The notes under the pieces: model-generated
What the model saw: the letters and a program-made list of their open reading frames with translations, nothing else
Told to the model about the DNA's origin: nothing
The model's database searches: none
Part shown: positions 33,957 to 41,595 of the stretch, in pieces
Layout of the letters: the number at the start of each line of letters is the position of its first letter
Position numbering within the stretch: the stretch's first letter is position 1
Made by a program: the position numbers and the translations under genes
Assembly (NCBI GenBank): GCA_045657945.1
Contig: JAZOUB010000041.1
Coordinates: forward strand, 43,987-107,986
Source: Bacteroidaceae bacterium
GTDB lineage: Bacteria > Bacteroidota > Bacteroidia > Bacteroidales > Bacteroidaceae
Length of the DNA stretch: 64,000 nucleotides
Direction: 5' to 3'

Positions 33957-35717
33957 TTACTTTACAAGTGTTTTTTTGCCATTTACAATGTAGATACCGG
34001 GAGCAGTGATAGCCTCTACACGGCGGCCTGTGAGGTCGTAAACAGTTTTCACATTTCCGTTTTCCGTTTTCACCTCTTCAACGCCTGTTGTACCCTCGCC
34101 AAAGCGGAAGCTGAAGTTTGCTGCACCCTGTGCTGCTGCAGGAACTGCGCTTACAGGCAAGTATGCCTTGTTGGCATTGTTAAGGAAAACTTTTACTGAA
34201 CCAGATGCTTGACTTAGTGCTATAGTGGTCATCTGTGCCTTGTAGAGGCCGGTTTCGCCTTCAACAACACCAAGTATGTAAGCCTGACCAATGATGTTGG
34301 TGTTGATTACTGTACCCTTGAAAAGGTTGCCGGTTACGGCTGCTGCATTTGTCTCTGATACACTGAAAGTGTACTCACCCTCTGCGCCCTCAAGGATAAC
34401 GGCTGTGTTTGCAGGGATTACATTCTCAATCTGTGTCAATGTTACTTTCTCACCATTGAAACTTCCTTCGGTAATGTAGTATGCCTTTACATTCTCGGGG
34501 ATTTCAACCTCAGCAGGTGCATAGAATGTAGCATAGCCGACACCGCTGATATTAGCCTTGAATGAAGCAACTTCTGCAACCTCATATACATAGTGGATAG
34601 TCCAACCGCCGGTTCCGGTGTTATAAACAGGAGTGCCGTTTGAACCATTCTGGACGTTAATCCAGTTGCTGCCTTTTACAAAGCGTACAAGGTTGGCGTC
34701 GTTGCTGCCTGTGATGTAAAGGTTTGAGTCGCCGTCGCCGTTGAATGTACCGTCAACGCCGGGAGCTGTTGCTGTAAATACTGCAGCATTGTCAATTGTT
34801 CCAAAATCCTTTGGTGATGATGTCTGCATGTATGTGCCGTCCAATTTCTTCAAATAGTATGAACCGGCTTGACCTGCGTTCACAGGCTCCCAAACAAAAA
34901 TTGCATCATTTGTGAACTCCTCCTCGCTGTAAGGTACTGCGCCAGTGTTGCCCACAAACCAACGGTTATTTGTGTAAGAGAGGTTTTTGATTGCAATGTA
35001 TGTGGGCTCGGTTTTTGCCATCAAATCACTTGCTGTAACCTGTGTGAGGTATGAAACTTCTGCGGGTTCTTCAGGGAGCTCGGGAGTTGCAACCTCAGTG
35101 TCAATAGTCACCTTGAACAATCCATAGAAGCAACCATAGGCTGTGTAGTTGTTGACAATGTTGATTTTGAGTGTTACGGTTCCGTCAGCAGCCTTGATAG
35201 GGGTACTTGGAACAAAATTTACTGTTACACTTTCACCTCCATTAGAGTTCACCTTGATTGCGACCTCGTTATGTTGAGCTACTGTGGCGTCATCCTGCTT
35301 TAGAATGAAATCAATATGCTGTGCGTTTGCATTGTCGCCCTGAAATGCACCACCGCCATTCAAAGCAACGCTCTTGAGTGTTATGGCCGTGAATTCGTAG
35401 TTGTCGGGAACACCTGCAATGGTAAGTGTTATTACGCCCGCCGCATCACCGGTCATGTCCTTTGTGTTCTTGTCTGGGCAAAGGATGCTTGAATTTGGAA
35501 ATGTTGCGCTATTTGCTCCAAATGCTTTCCAGTTGTAGTTGCAAGCGATAGTTGAGGTGATGCCTGTTGCATCAACATCGCCAGTGCCTGTCACTGTAAC
35601 ATTTGCGTCAGTGCCTGCCGCACTGTTGTTTCTTGAGAATGTCAAGTCAATTGCATTCTGCGCCATTGTTGCTCCACAGAAGAGCGCAAGCGCCATAGAT
35701 AGTAAAATTTTCTTCAT
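33957..35717 (-). CDS. T9SS cargo protein, adhesin/lectin-like (586 aa)
   Basis: Signal peptide MKKILLSMALALFCGATMAQ. CTD is VYDLTGRRVEAITAPGIYIVNGKKTLVK. The roughly 200 aa before the CTD are homologous to the same region of the giant protein. Confidence 0.8.
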   Translation of the reverse strand: MKKILLSMALALFCGATMAQNAIDLTFSRNNSAAGTDANVTVTGTGDVDATGITSTIACNYNWKAFGANSATFPNSSILCPDKNTKDMTGDAAGVITLTIAGVPDNYEFTAITLKSVALNGGGAFQGDNANAQHIDFILKQDDATVAQHNEVAIKVNSNGGESVTVNFVPSTPIKAADGTVTLKINIVNNYTAYGCFYGLFKVTIDTEVATPELPEEPAEVSYLTQVTASDLMAKTEPTYIAIKNLSYTNNRWFVGNTGAVPYSEEEFTNDAIFVWEPVNAGQAGSYYLKKLDGTYMQTSSPKDFGTIDNAAVFTATAPGVDGTFNGDGDSNLYITGSNDANLVRFVKGSNWINVQNGSNGTPVYNTGTGGWTIHYVYEVAEVASFKANISGVGYATFYAPAEVEIPENVKAYYITEGSFNGEKVTLTQIENVIPANTAVILEGAEGEYTFSVSETNAAAVTGNLFKGTVINTNIIGQAYILGVVEGETGLYKAQMTTIALSQASGSVKVFLNNANKAYLPVSAVPAAAQGAANFSFRFGEGTTGVEEVKTENGNVKTVYDLTGRRVEAITAPGIYIVNGKKTLVK

Positions 35718-35756
35718 ATAATTAAATTTTGCGTTAATGAATACTTTTTAATAACG

Positions 35757-35790
35757 CAAATGTAACTATAAAGAAAGAATTCACCCCCCC
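35757..35790 (-). promoter_or_regulatory. Putative promoter: -7 box TACATTTG, 19-nt spacer, G7 tract
   Basis: The plus strand reads CAAATGTA(35757-35764)-19 nt-C7(35784-35790). The ATG is at 35717. It shares the GCAAATGTAACT core with 15125-15136. Confidence 0.5.
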
Positions 35791-35811
35791 ATTTAGTTAA
35801 ATAATGTTAAA

Positions 35812-35912
35812 AAAGGGGGCTAAGGGGACTAAGGGAGCTAAAGAAAACATTAGTGTTCCTTAGTTCTCCTTATGTTCTTTAGTCTCCTTTTTAATCCCAC
35901 CTTAGTGCTCCT
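35812..35912. repeat. Composite TAAGG array (3-4 direct, about 7 inverted units)
   Basis: TAAGG at 35821 and 35830, TAAAG at 35839. CCTTA-type units at 35858, 35868, 35877, 35885, 35900 and 35910. The centre, AACATTAGTGTTCCTTAG, is homologous to 33055-33084. Confidence 0.65.
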
Positions 35913-36212
35913 TTAAACCCTCTTATTGTTCTTTTTAGAATAGTCATTGTAAACTTTTATTGCAAAGATGATGCAGCTGCATGTGCCGGTGACTGCGTTT
36001 GTGATGAACATTGACCAGATGATATTTGGCTGGTGCAGCAGTCCTTGCAACATAAAGGCGAAGGCACCTATTGCCATGAGCAGGAATGCGGGTACTGATA
36101 TGCCGTCGGTGTTGCGGGTGCGTATGGTGGTAATTGCCTGTGGCAGGAAACCGAGAATGAGTCCAATGCTTGCCACATAGCCACAGATTGTGTAAAGGGT
36201 TGATTGTTCCAT
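35913..36212 (-). CDS. PQ-loop / SemiSWEET-like 3-TM protein (99 aa)
   Basis: MEQSTLYTICGYVASIGLILGFLPQAITTIRTRNTDGIS has a PQ motif, and three TM helices are present. The 26-codon upstream extension in the track runs into a REP palindrome and was trimmed. Confidence 0.65.
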   Translation of the reverse strand: MEQSTLYTICGYVASIGLILGFLPQAITTIRTRNTDGISVPAFLLMAIGAFAFMLQGLLHQPNIIWSMFITNAVTGTCSCIIFAIKVYNDYSKKNNKRV

Positions 36213-36252
36213 TGTCGTTTTTATTTCATAACAATGGTTTTGCGTTTTTGTT

Positions 36253-36304
36253 GTAGGGGCAGACCGATGTGTCTCGTTGGGCAGACACATCGGTCTGCCC
36301 CTAC
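36253..36304. repeat. REP-like perfect hairpin (22-bp stem), overlaps the prmA stop
   Basis: GTAGGGGCAGACCGATGTGTCT-CGTTGGG-CAGACACATCGGTCTGCCCCTAC. Confidence 0.75.
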
Positions 36305-37146
36305 AAAGTAAACCGCATCATCGCCCAGCGGTTGTCCTCGGCATAGTCGAGATAGCGCAAACCGTGCTGTGCAGCCTCGGCCTTGAGAACCTCCATGTCC
36401 TCGGTGTAGAAACCGCTGATGAAGAGCAACGAGCCTGCGTGCATGGCCTTGACATAGTTTACCATGTCCATGAGCAGGATATTGCGGTTGATGTTGGCAA
36501 TGACCACATCAAAGCTGTCGGTAGGCTTGATGGCATCGGCACCACCCAGGCGCACCTCAATGTCGGGGGTGTTGTTGAGGATGATGTTCTCCTTGGCGTT
36601 CTCAAAGGCGAATTCGTCGATGTCAATTGCAACTACATCGGTTGCTCCGTGCTTGCGTGCAAGGATGGCGAGCAGGGCTGTACCGCAACCCATGTCCAGA
36701 ACGCTCTTGCCTGTCATATCCTGGGCAAGGATGGCGCGCAGCATGTGGCAGGTTGTCTGGTGATAGCCTGTGCCGAACGCCATCTTGGGGTCTATGAGTA
36801 TGTCGTAGCGTGCTGCCGGCACATCCTTGTGGAATGTGCTGTGTATGACGCAGTCCTCGCCAAGCACAATGGGCTGGAAATAGTTCTTCTCCCACTCGGC
36901 ATTCCAGTCCTCGCCCTCAATGAACTCGTCGGTGTAGGTGATTGCGAACCCTTCGAGGGGGAAGGCTGCGACAACAGCTGCAACGGCATCGGCGTCATAG
37001 AGTGCCTGTGGGGCATAGGCCGACATTCCGTCTTCCTCGGGAAGGAAACTCTCGAAGCCCACCTCGGCAAGCAGTGCTGCAAGTACATCGGTGGCCACTT
37101 CCTCGTTCGGGGTCACGGTGAATTTTACTCTTGTATAATCGTTCAT
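36301..37146 (-). CDS. prmA: Ribosomal protein L11 methyltransferase PrmA
   Basis: SAM-binding motif VLDMGCGTALLAILARKHGA and the PrmA layout. Start is at MNDYTRVKF; the longer track ORF extends into a palindromic repeat. Confidence 0.85.
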   Translation of the reverse strand: MNDYTRVKFTVTPNEEVATDVLAALLAEVGFESFLPEEDGMSAYAPQALYDADAVAAVVAAFPLEGFAITYTDEFIEGEDWNAEWEKNYFQPIVLGEDCVIHSTFHKDVPAARYDILIDPKMAFGTGYHQTTCHMLRAILAQDMTGKSVLDMGCGTALLAILARKHGATDVVAIDIDEFAFENAKENIILNNTPDIEVRLGGADAIKPTDSFDVVIANINRNILLMDMVNYVKAMHAGSLLFISGFYTEDMEVLKAEAAQHGLRYLDYAEDNRWAMMRFTL

Positions 37147-37183
37147 GGTTGTTGATTTATGCTCCCCTCCGGTCTTCGACCAC

Positions 37184-37202
37184 CTCCCCTCGTGAGGGGA
37201 GG
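37184..37202. repeat. Short GC palindrome CCTCCCCTC-GTG-AGGGGAGG
   Basis: Lies between the glycosyltransferase stop and the prmA start. Terminator-like or REP-like. Confidence 0.45.
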
Positions 37203-37259
37203 AGCTTTCAAACTCTCCCACCTTGATGTAACAAGGGGGCTTTTACGGGCGAGGGGAAA

Positions 37260-38318
37260 TTATTTGTTCAATACTGTGTTATATACTTTCTCTATTTTCT
37301 TTATGAATACGGGGAACGCAAGTTGCTCTTCGAAGGTTCTTCTTGCAGCCTTGCCTATCGCACTGCGCTGCCCGGCATCTGCCAAGGCCTTTATGGCCGC
37401 AGCAAGTGCCTCGATGTCATCGGGCGCAACAAGCAGGCCGCTCTTTCCGTTTGTGATGTACTCGGGCTGTGAGCCGTTGTTGCTTGCTACAACAGGCTTG
37501 CCGTGCGACATGTATTCGAGTACTGAAAGGCTGCCGGCTTCGCGTACACGTGACGGGCAGACGCCAATGTCGGCTTTTTCAATAAGGGGGTGTATGTCGG
37601 TTACATGCCCCATCCAGCTTATCTGCTGCGCTATGCCGGCCTTTTCGGCTATGTCGTGCAGTTCTTTTACATACTCGTCGTTGCCGCTGCCGGCAATGAC
37701 GAGTCGCGCGTTGGGCAGGGCTGCCATGGCGTATGCCTGTAGCAGGGTGTCTATACCCTTCTCGGGCGAGAGACGGCCGTGGAACATCAAGGTGAGTTCC
37801 TTGTTTGGTGTGCACTCTGCCGTTGCAGTGGTGTTCTTTATGCTGTTGTGTATTACATGGATCTTTGCGGTATCGATAACCGGCGAGGTGCTCATGAATT
37901 CGTTCTTGGCAAGGTGCGAGACGAAGACTATCGCGTCGAGCCTGTTGTAGATTGATTTCCTCTTTGCTGCCTTGACAAGGTGGCGTGTCATTACAATGCG
38001 CACGTTTCTGTTGCGCGAGAGGGCGCGTGCGCGCACTGCTGTGGTGGCGTCCTTGAAGTTGTGGACATGTATTATGGCAGGTTGTTCCTTGCCAATGATT
38101 CTTGCCAGTTTGAACGGGCTTACAATGTCTATTGCGCCCTTCAGTGCCATTGTGGTCATCGGTAGGCCGGCCTCCTTGAAACGGTGGGTGACGGCATCGA
38201 TGTCGCGCGACACAATGGTTACTTCGTGGCCTTTGGCTGCAAATGTCGTGGCAAGGTCAAGAACATACAGTTCTCCGCCGCCCCAGACTTTGTTCGATAC
38301 AAGGTGTATGATTTTCAT
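37260..38318 (-). CDS. Glycosyltransferase family 4 (GT-B fold)
   Basis: N-terminus VWGGGELYVLDLA. C-terminal E-x7-E region REAGSLSVLEYMSHGKPVVASNNGSQPEYI. Confidence 0.85.
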   Translation of the reverse strand: MKIIHLVSNKVWGGGELYVLDLATTFAAKGHEVTIVSRDIDAVTHRFKEAGLPMTTMALKGAIDIVSPFKLARIIGKEQPAIIHVHNFKDATTAVRARALSRNRNVRIVMTRHLVKAAKRKSIYNRLDAIVFVSHLAKNEFMSTSPVIDTAKIHVIHNSIKNTTATAECTPNKELTLMFHGRLSPEKGIDTLLQAYAMAALPNARLVIAGSGNDEYVKELHDIAEKAGIAQQISWMGHVTDIHPLIEKADIGVCPSRVREAGSLSVLEYMSHGKPVVASNNGSQPEYITNGKSGLLVAPDDIEALAAAIKALADAGQRSAIGKAARRTFEEQLAFPVFIKKIEKVYNTVLNK

Positions 38319-38358
38319 TTTTTTTATTGTTTCAATGTGCTAATATAATGTTATTAAG

Positions 38359-39708
38359 TCAAGCTTTATGCATGGATGCCTCTTTTTTTCTCACCGTTGA
38401 CTTGAACCGCAGGTAGAACATCACTCCGGCACTGGTGAGTCCAAAGGGGAATGACATCCACACTCCCTGCAATCCCCAGTCGAATACGAAACCAAAGAGG
38501 TAACCCACCGGTAAAGAGATGACAAAATATGCGATAAAGGCATAGAGCATCACTGGCTTTACATCGGCAATGCCTCTTAGGGCGTTGGAGTAGTTGCATT
38601 GCAGGCCGTCACCAAACTGGTAAAGGATGAATGGCAAGCTGAGCGTTGCTACCATTGTGGCGACTTCCCGGTCGTCGTTGAATATGCCGCCGATATGCTG
38701 TCGCAACAGGTATATGATTGCCGATGCAATAACTGCCATCACCAGTATGAGATGAAAACCGGCACTTGCGGTGTGCCGTATGTTGGCTGTGTCGCCTGTG
38801 CCGTTGTAGTTGCTCACCTTGACTGCAACTGCTGCTGCCATGCCATAGTATAGCATGAAACCAAGTTGCCCCACCGTGCACATTATTTGGTGGGCAGCGA
38901 GTGCGGTTGTTCCAAGCCATCCTACCATTATGGTGGCAAGGCTGAACGATGCTGTCTCCAGGCCCATCTGAATGGCCACGGGAAGGCCGATGCGGAACAG
39001 CTCTTTCTGGTTCTGCTTGGTGATCTTTGTGTGCCAAAATCCAAGGGTGTACTCCCTGTAACGCTTTTTCTTGAAGAAGATTACAAGGAAAATGGCGAGC
39101 ATTGCCATGCGCGAGAGCAGGGTGGAGATGCCGGCGCCAAGCAGTCCCAGTTCGGGGAAACCGCACTTGCCGAAGATGAGCAGGTAGTTGCCTGCGATGT
39201 TGAGCATGTTGCCCATGAGCAATATCCACATGGATGTCTTTGTGTCGGTAATGCCGTCGGCAAACTGCTTGAATGCGTTGAATAGCAGGATGAACGGCAT
39301 TGAGATGAGCAGGGTGAGGTAGTATGGGCGCATCAGTTCAAGCAACTCCAACGGCTGACCCAACTTGTCAATATTCAGGTACAACAGCCACATTATGGTC
39401 ACGAGTATCAGTGACATCATGCCGTTGGTAAAGAGTGCATTCCTCAACATTCCGCCGGCCTTGCGCTTCTCGTCACTGCCGAACAGCTTGCCAATGATGG
39501 GGGTGAGGCCGTATGAGAAACCTGTGGCGAATATTATGGCAAGGTTGAATACGTTGTTCACAAAGCCTGCCGCTGCCAGGTCGTTCTTGCCGTGATGCCC
39601 CACCATGAAGGTGTCGATAAAGGATACAAAGATTATGCCCAATTGTCCAATGACAATGGGCAGTCCCAGCCGGGACAGTTCCTTGTAGTGCGATAAGAAC
39701 GGTTTCAT
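38359..39708 (-). CDS. MATE family efflux transporter
   Basis: 12-TM protein. N-terminus YKELSRLGLPIVIGQLG is typical of MATE. The internal ATG (MKPFLSHY) removes the 29-nt overlap with the upstream gene. Confidence 0.85.
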   Translation of the reverse strand: MKPFLSHYKELSRLGLPIVIGQLGIIFVSFIDTFMVGHHGKNDLAAAGFVNNVFNLAIIFATGFSYGLTPIIGKLFGSDEKRKAGGMLRNALFTNGMMSLILVTIMWLLYLNIDKLGQPLELLELMRPYYLTLLISMPFILLFNAFKQFADGITDTKTSMWILLMGNMLNIAGNYLLIFGKCGFPELGLLGAGISTLLSRMAMLAIFLVIFFKKKRYREYTLGFWHTKITKQNQKELFRIGLPVAIQMGLETASFSLATIMVGWLGTTALAAHQIMCTVGQLGFMLYYGMAAAVAVKVSNYNGTGDTANIRHTASAGFHLILVMAVIASAIIYLLRQHIGGIFNDDREVATMVATLSLPFILYQFGDGLQCNYSNALRGIADVKPVMLYAFIAYFVISLPVGYLFGFVFDWGLQGVWMSFPFGLTSAGVMFYLRFKSTVRKKEASMHKA

Positions 39709-39718
39709 TGACAGGTCT

Positions 39719-40678
39719 TTAACATATGTCTTGTCCTGTTTCCTCAAAATATTTCTTCATCACCAATAGTGAGATGAGATCCTCCTGCTTTTTGTTGCGG
39801 AACTGTCTTACATACTCGTTGGCATTCTTGATGATGGCCTTGACTTCGTCGATGTGGTTGTTGTAGTATTCGATACGCTCGATAAGGTCAGAGTAATCGG
39901 GCTTTATCTCAATGTAGTGGAAATTGGGAATGAGCCTACCCTCCATGAACCATGTCTCATATACCGGGCGTGGCATTACTGCTACCGAGTTGCTCGACAT
40001 CACCCATTTCAGGTTGCTGGCAACATCGTTGCCTTCGAGTGCCATGATGTATCGGTAGTCAAGGTGCTTGGCAATGGACATGTTCTCGGCACGCCATTTC
40101 TGCGGGTTGATGGAATTTGGTGACGTGTCGCGTACATCACACATTGGATGGTCTGCAAATTTTTCTATGAAATCCTGTCTCCTGGGTTTTCTATATACAT
40201 ATCCGCGGAAAAGAATCTTTGGCATTTTCTTCTCGAACGGGATTGTGTCTTCCACAAAGAAGAAATGACGCACTTTGTCCATCTTCAGTATCACCGAGTT
40301 GGCGTTGTTGCCTGCTATCGGGCGGCTCTTGACGAATGTGGGATGTTCGGGTACGGTTATAATATCGCCACCTTTTACCATCCAGCGCAAGTCGCGGCGG
40401 AAACAACGGGCATATTCGTATGAATCAAGAAAATAGACGCTGCCGCCGTTCTTCTCCTTGTATCTTTGTTGTGACAGTTCTTTGGCACTGTCGGGGAGCT
40501 GTGCGTTGCTTAGTTTGTTATAATAGTTCACACGCTCCATTATATATTCATAATTGGGTAACTCGGGTGCTTTCGCAATTCTTTTCAATGTGCGTTTGCG
40601 CAACAGGAATTTCGGATACAGCATCAGCGAAAAACCACGCAAATAGTACAGGAATTTGATATTCTTTCTTGCTTTCAT
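39719..40678 (-). CDS. Glycosyltransferase family 90 (CAP10/LPS-modifying-like)
   Basis: Segment KHLDYRYIMALEGNDVASNLKWVMSSNSVAVMPRPVYETWFMEGRLIPNFHYIEIKPDYSDL resembles the GT90 core. Confidence 0.65.
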   Translation of the reverse strand: MKARKNIKFLYYLRGFSLMLYPKFLLRKRTLKRIAKAPELPNYEYIMERVNYYNKLSNAQLPDSAKELSQQRYKEKNGGSVYFLDSYEYARCFRRDLRWMVKGGDIITVPEHPTFVKSRPIAGNNANSVILKMDKVRHFFFVEDTIPFEKKMPKILFRGYVYRKPRRQDFIEKFADHPMCDVRDTSPNSINPQKWRAENMSIAKHLDYRYIMALEGNDVASNLKWVMSSNSVAVMPRPVYETWFMEGRLIPNFHYIEIKPDYSDLIERIEYYNNHIDEVKAIIKNANEYVRQFRNKKQEDLISLLVMKKYFEETGQDIC

Positions 40679-40718
40679 TGTCTATTGTCTATTGTCTGTT
40701 GCTTGTGTTGCTGTTATT

Positions 40719-41135
40719 TTACATTATGGCTACCAGCTCCATCTCAAAAATCAATGTAGAATATGCGGGGATGGGGCCACTGTCGCGTGTGCCATAGCCC
40801 AACTGGTAGGGGATATATACAATCCAATGGTCGCCTATATGCATCTGTGTGAGTGCAATCTGCCAGCCCACGATGAGGTCGCTGAGGCGGAACGCCTCGG
40901 GGTAGCCACGCTCGTAACTGCTGTCGAACACCTTGCCGTTGATGAGGCTGCCCTTGTAGTGGACGGTGACGACATTGCCACCGCGTGGGCAACGGTCGCC
41001 CTCGCCTTGCTTCAGTATTTTCACAAGCACGCCTTGTGAAATCTCGAAGAGTTCCTCTTCGCCGTCGCGCAACGCCTGAATGAAGGCTTCGTTGCGCTGC
41101 TTGTATTCGTTGTTTTTTGGTTGTTTCTTTGCCAT
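40719..41135 (-). CDS. FKBP-type peptidyl-prolyl cis-trans isomerase
   Basis: VTVHYKGSLINGKVFDSSYERG...LIVGWQIALTQMHIGDHW...YGTRDSGPIPAYSTLIFEMELV. Start is at MAKKQPKN. Confidence 0.85.
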   Translation of the reverse strand: MAKKQPKNNEYKQRNEAFIQALRDGEEELFEISQGVLVKILKQGEGDRCPRGGNVVTVHYKGSLINGKVFDSSYERGYPEAFRLSDLIVGWQIALTQMHIGDHWIVYIPYQLGYGTRDSGPIPAYSTLIFEMELVAIM

Positions 41136-41151
41136 GTGTGTTTGTTTAATG

Positions 41152-41188
41152 CCCAAAAGGGCGTAAAGGGCTAAAAGGCCCAAAAGGG
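41152..41188. repeat. Phased AAAGGG array (4 units)
   Basis: CCCAAAAGGG CGTAAAGGG CTAAAAGG CCCAAAAGGG lies just upstream (in gene orientation) of the FKBP start. Confidence 0.55.
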
Positions 41189-41259
41189 ATTATGGAAACT
41201 GAAAGGTATGTGGCTGTAAATTCCTCCCCTGTTTTAGGAAGACAATTTAAGTTTGTTGT

Positions 41260-41514
41260 TTATTCCTCTCTCATCAGTTCTTCTATCGCGCAGCATAGCT
41301 GGTCGGGGCAGGATGTGGGCTTGCCGTTGCAGCTGATGCCCTTGAGGCGTGCAATGATCTCCTCGTACTTCATGCCTGTGACAAGGCGGCTTATGCCCTG
41401 GAGGTTACCGTTGCAACCGCCATAGAACTTCACCTCTTTCAAAACTCCATCCTCGCCCGATACCTCGATGTATCGCGCGCATGTTCCGTGTGTTGTGTAT
41501 GTTATTGTTTTCAT
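41260..41514 (-). CDS. TSCPD-domain small protein (84 aa)
   Basis: MKTITYTTHGTCARYIEV...FYGGCNGNLQGISRL...GKPTSCPDQL. Confidence 0.75.
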   Translation of the reverse strand: MKTITYTTHGTCARYIEVSGEDGVLKEVKFYGGCNGNLQGISRLVTGMKYEEIIARLKGISCNGKPTSCPDQLCCAIEELMREE

Positions 41515-41529
41515 GGTTCTATTATTTAA

Positions 41530-41560
41530 TAAGGCCCATAAGGGCATAAAGGGCTAAAAG
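41530..41560. repeat. Phased (A/T)AAGGG array (4 units)
   Basis: ATAAGG CCCATAAGGG CATAAAGGG CTAAAAGG. Confidence 0.55.
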
Positions 41561-41561
41561 G

Positions 41562-41595
41562 TTGTTTTGGGCGGGACTATGCCCGCCCAAAACAA
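41562..41595 (-). terminator. Terminator hairpin directly after the GH20 gene
   Basis: TTGTTTTGGGCGGG-ACTAT-GCCCGCCCAAAACAA, abutting the stop at 41596. Confidence 0.6.
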
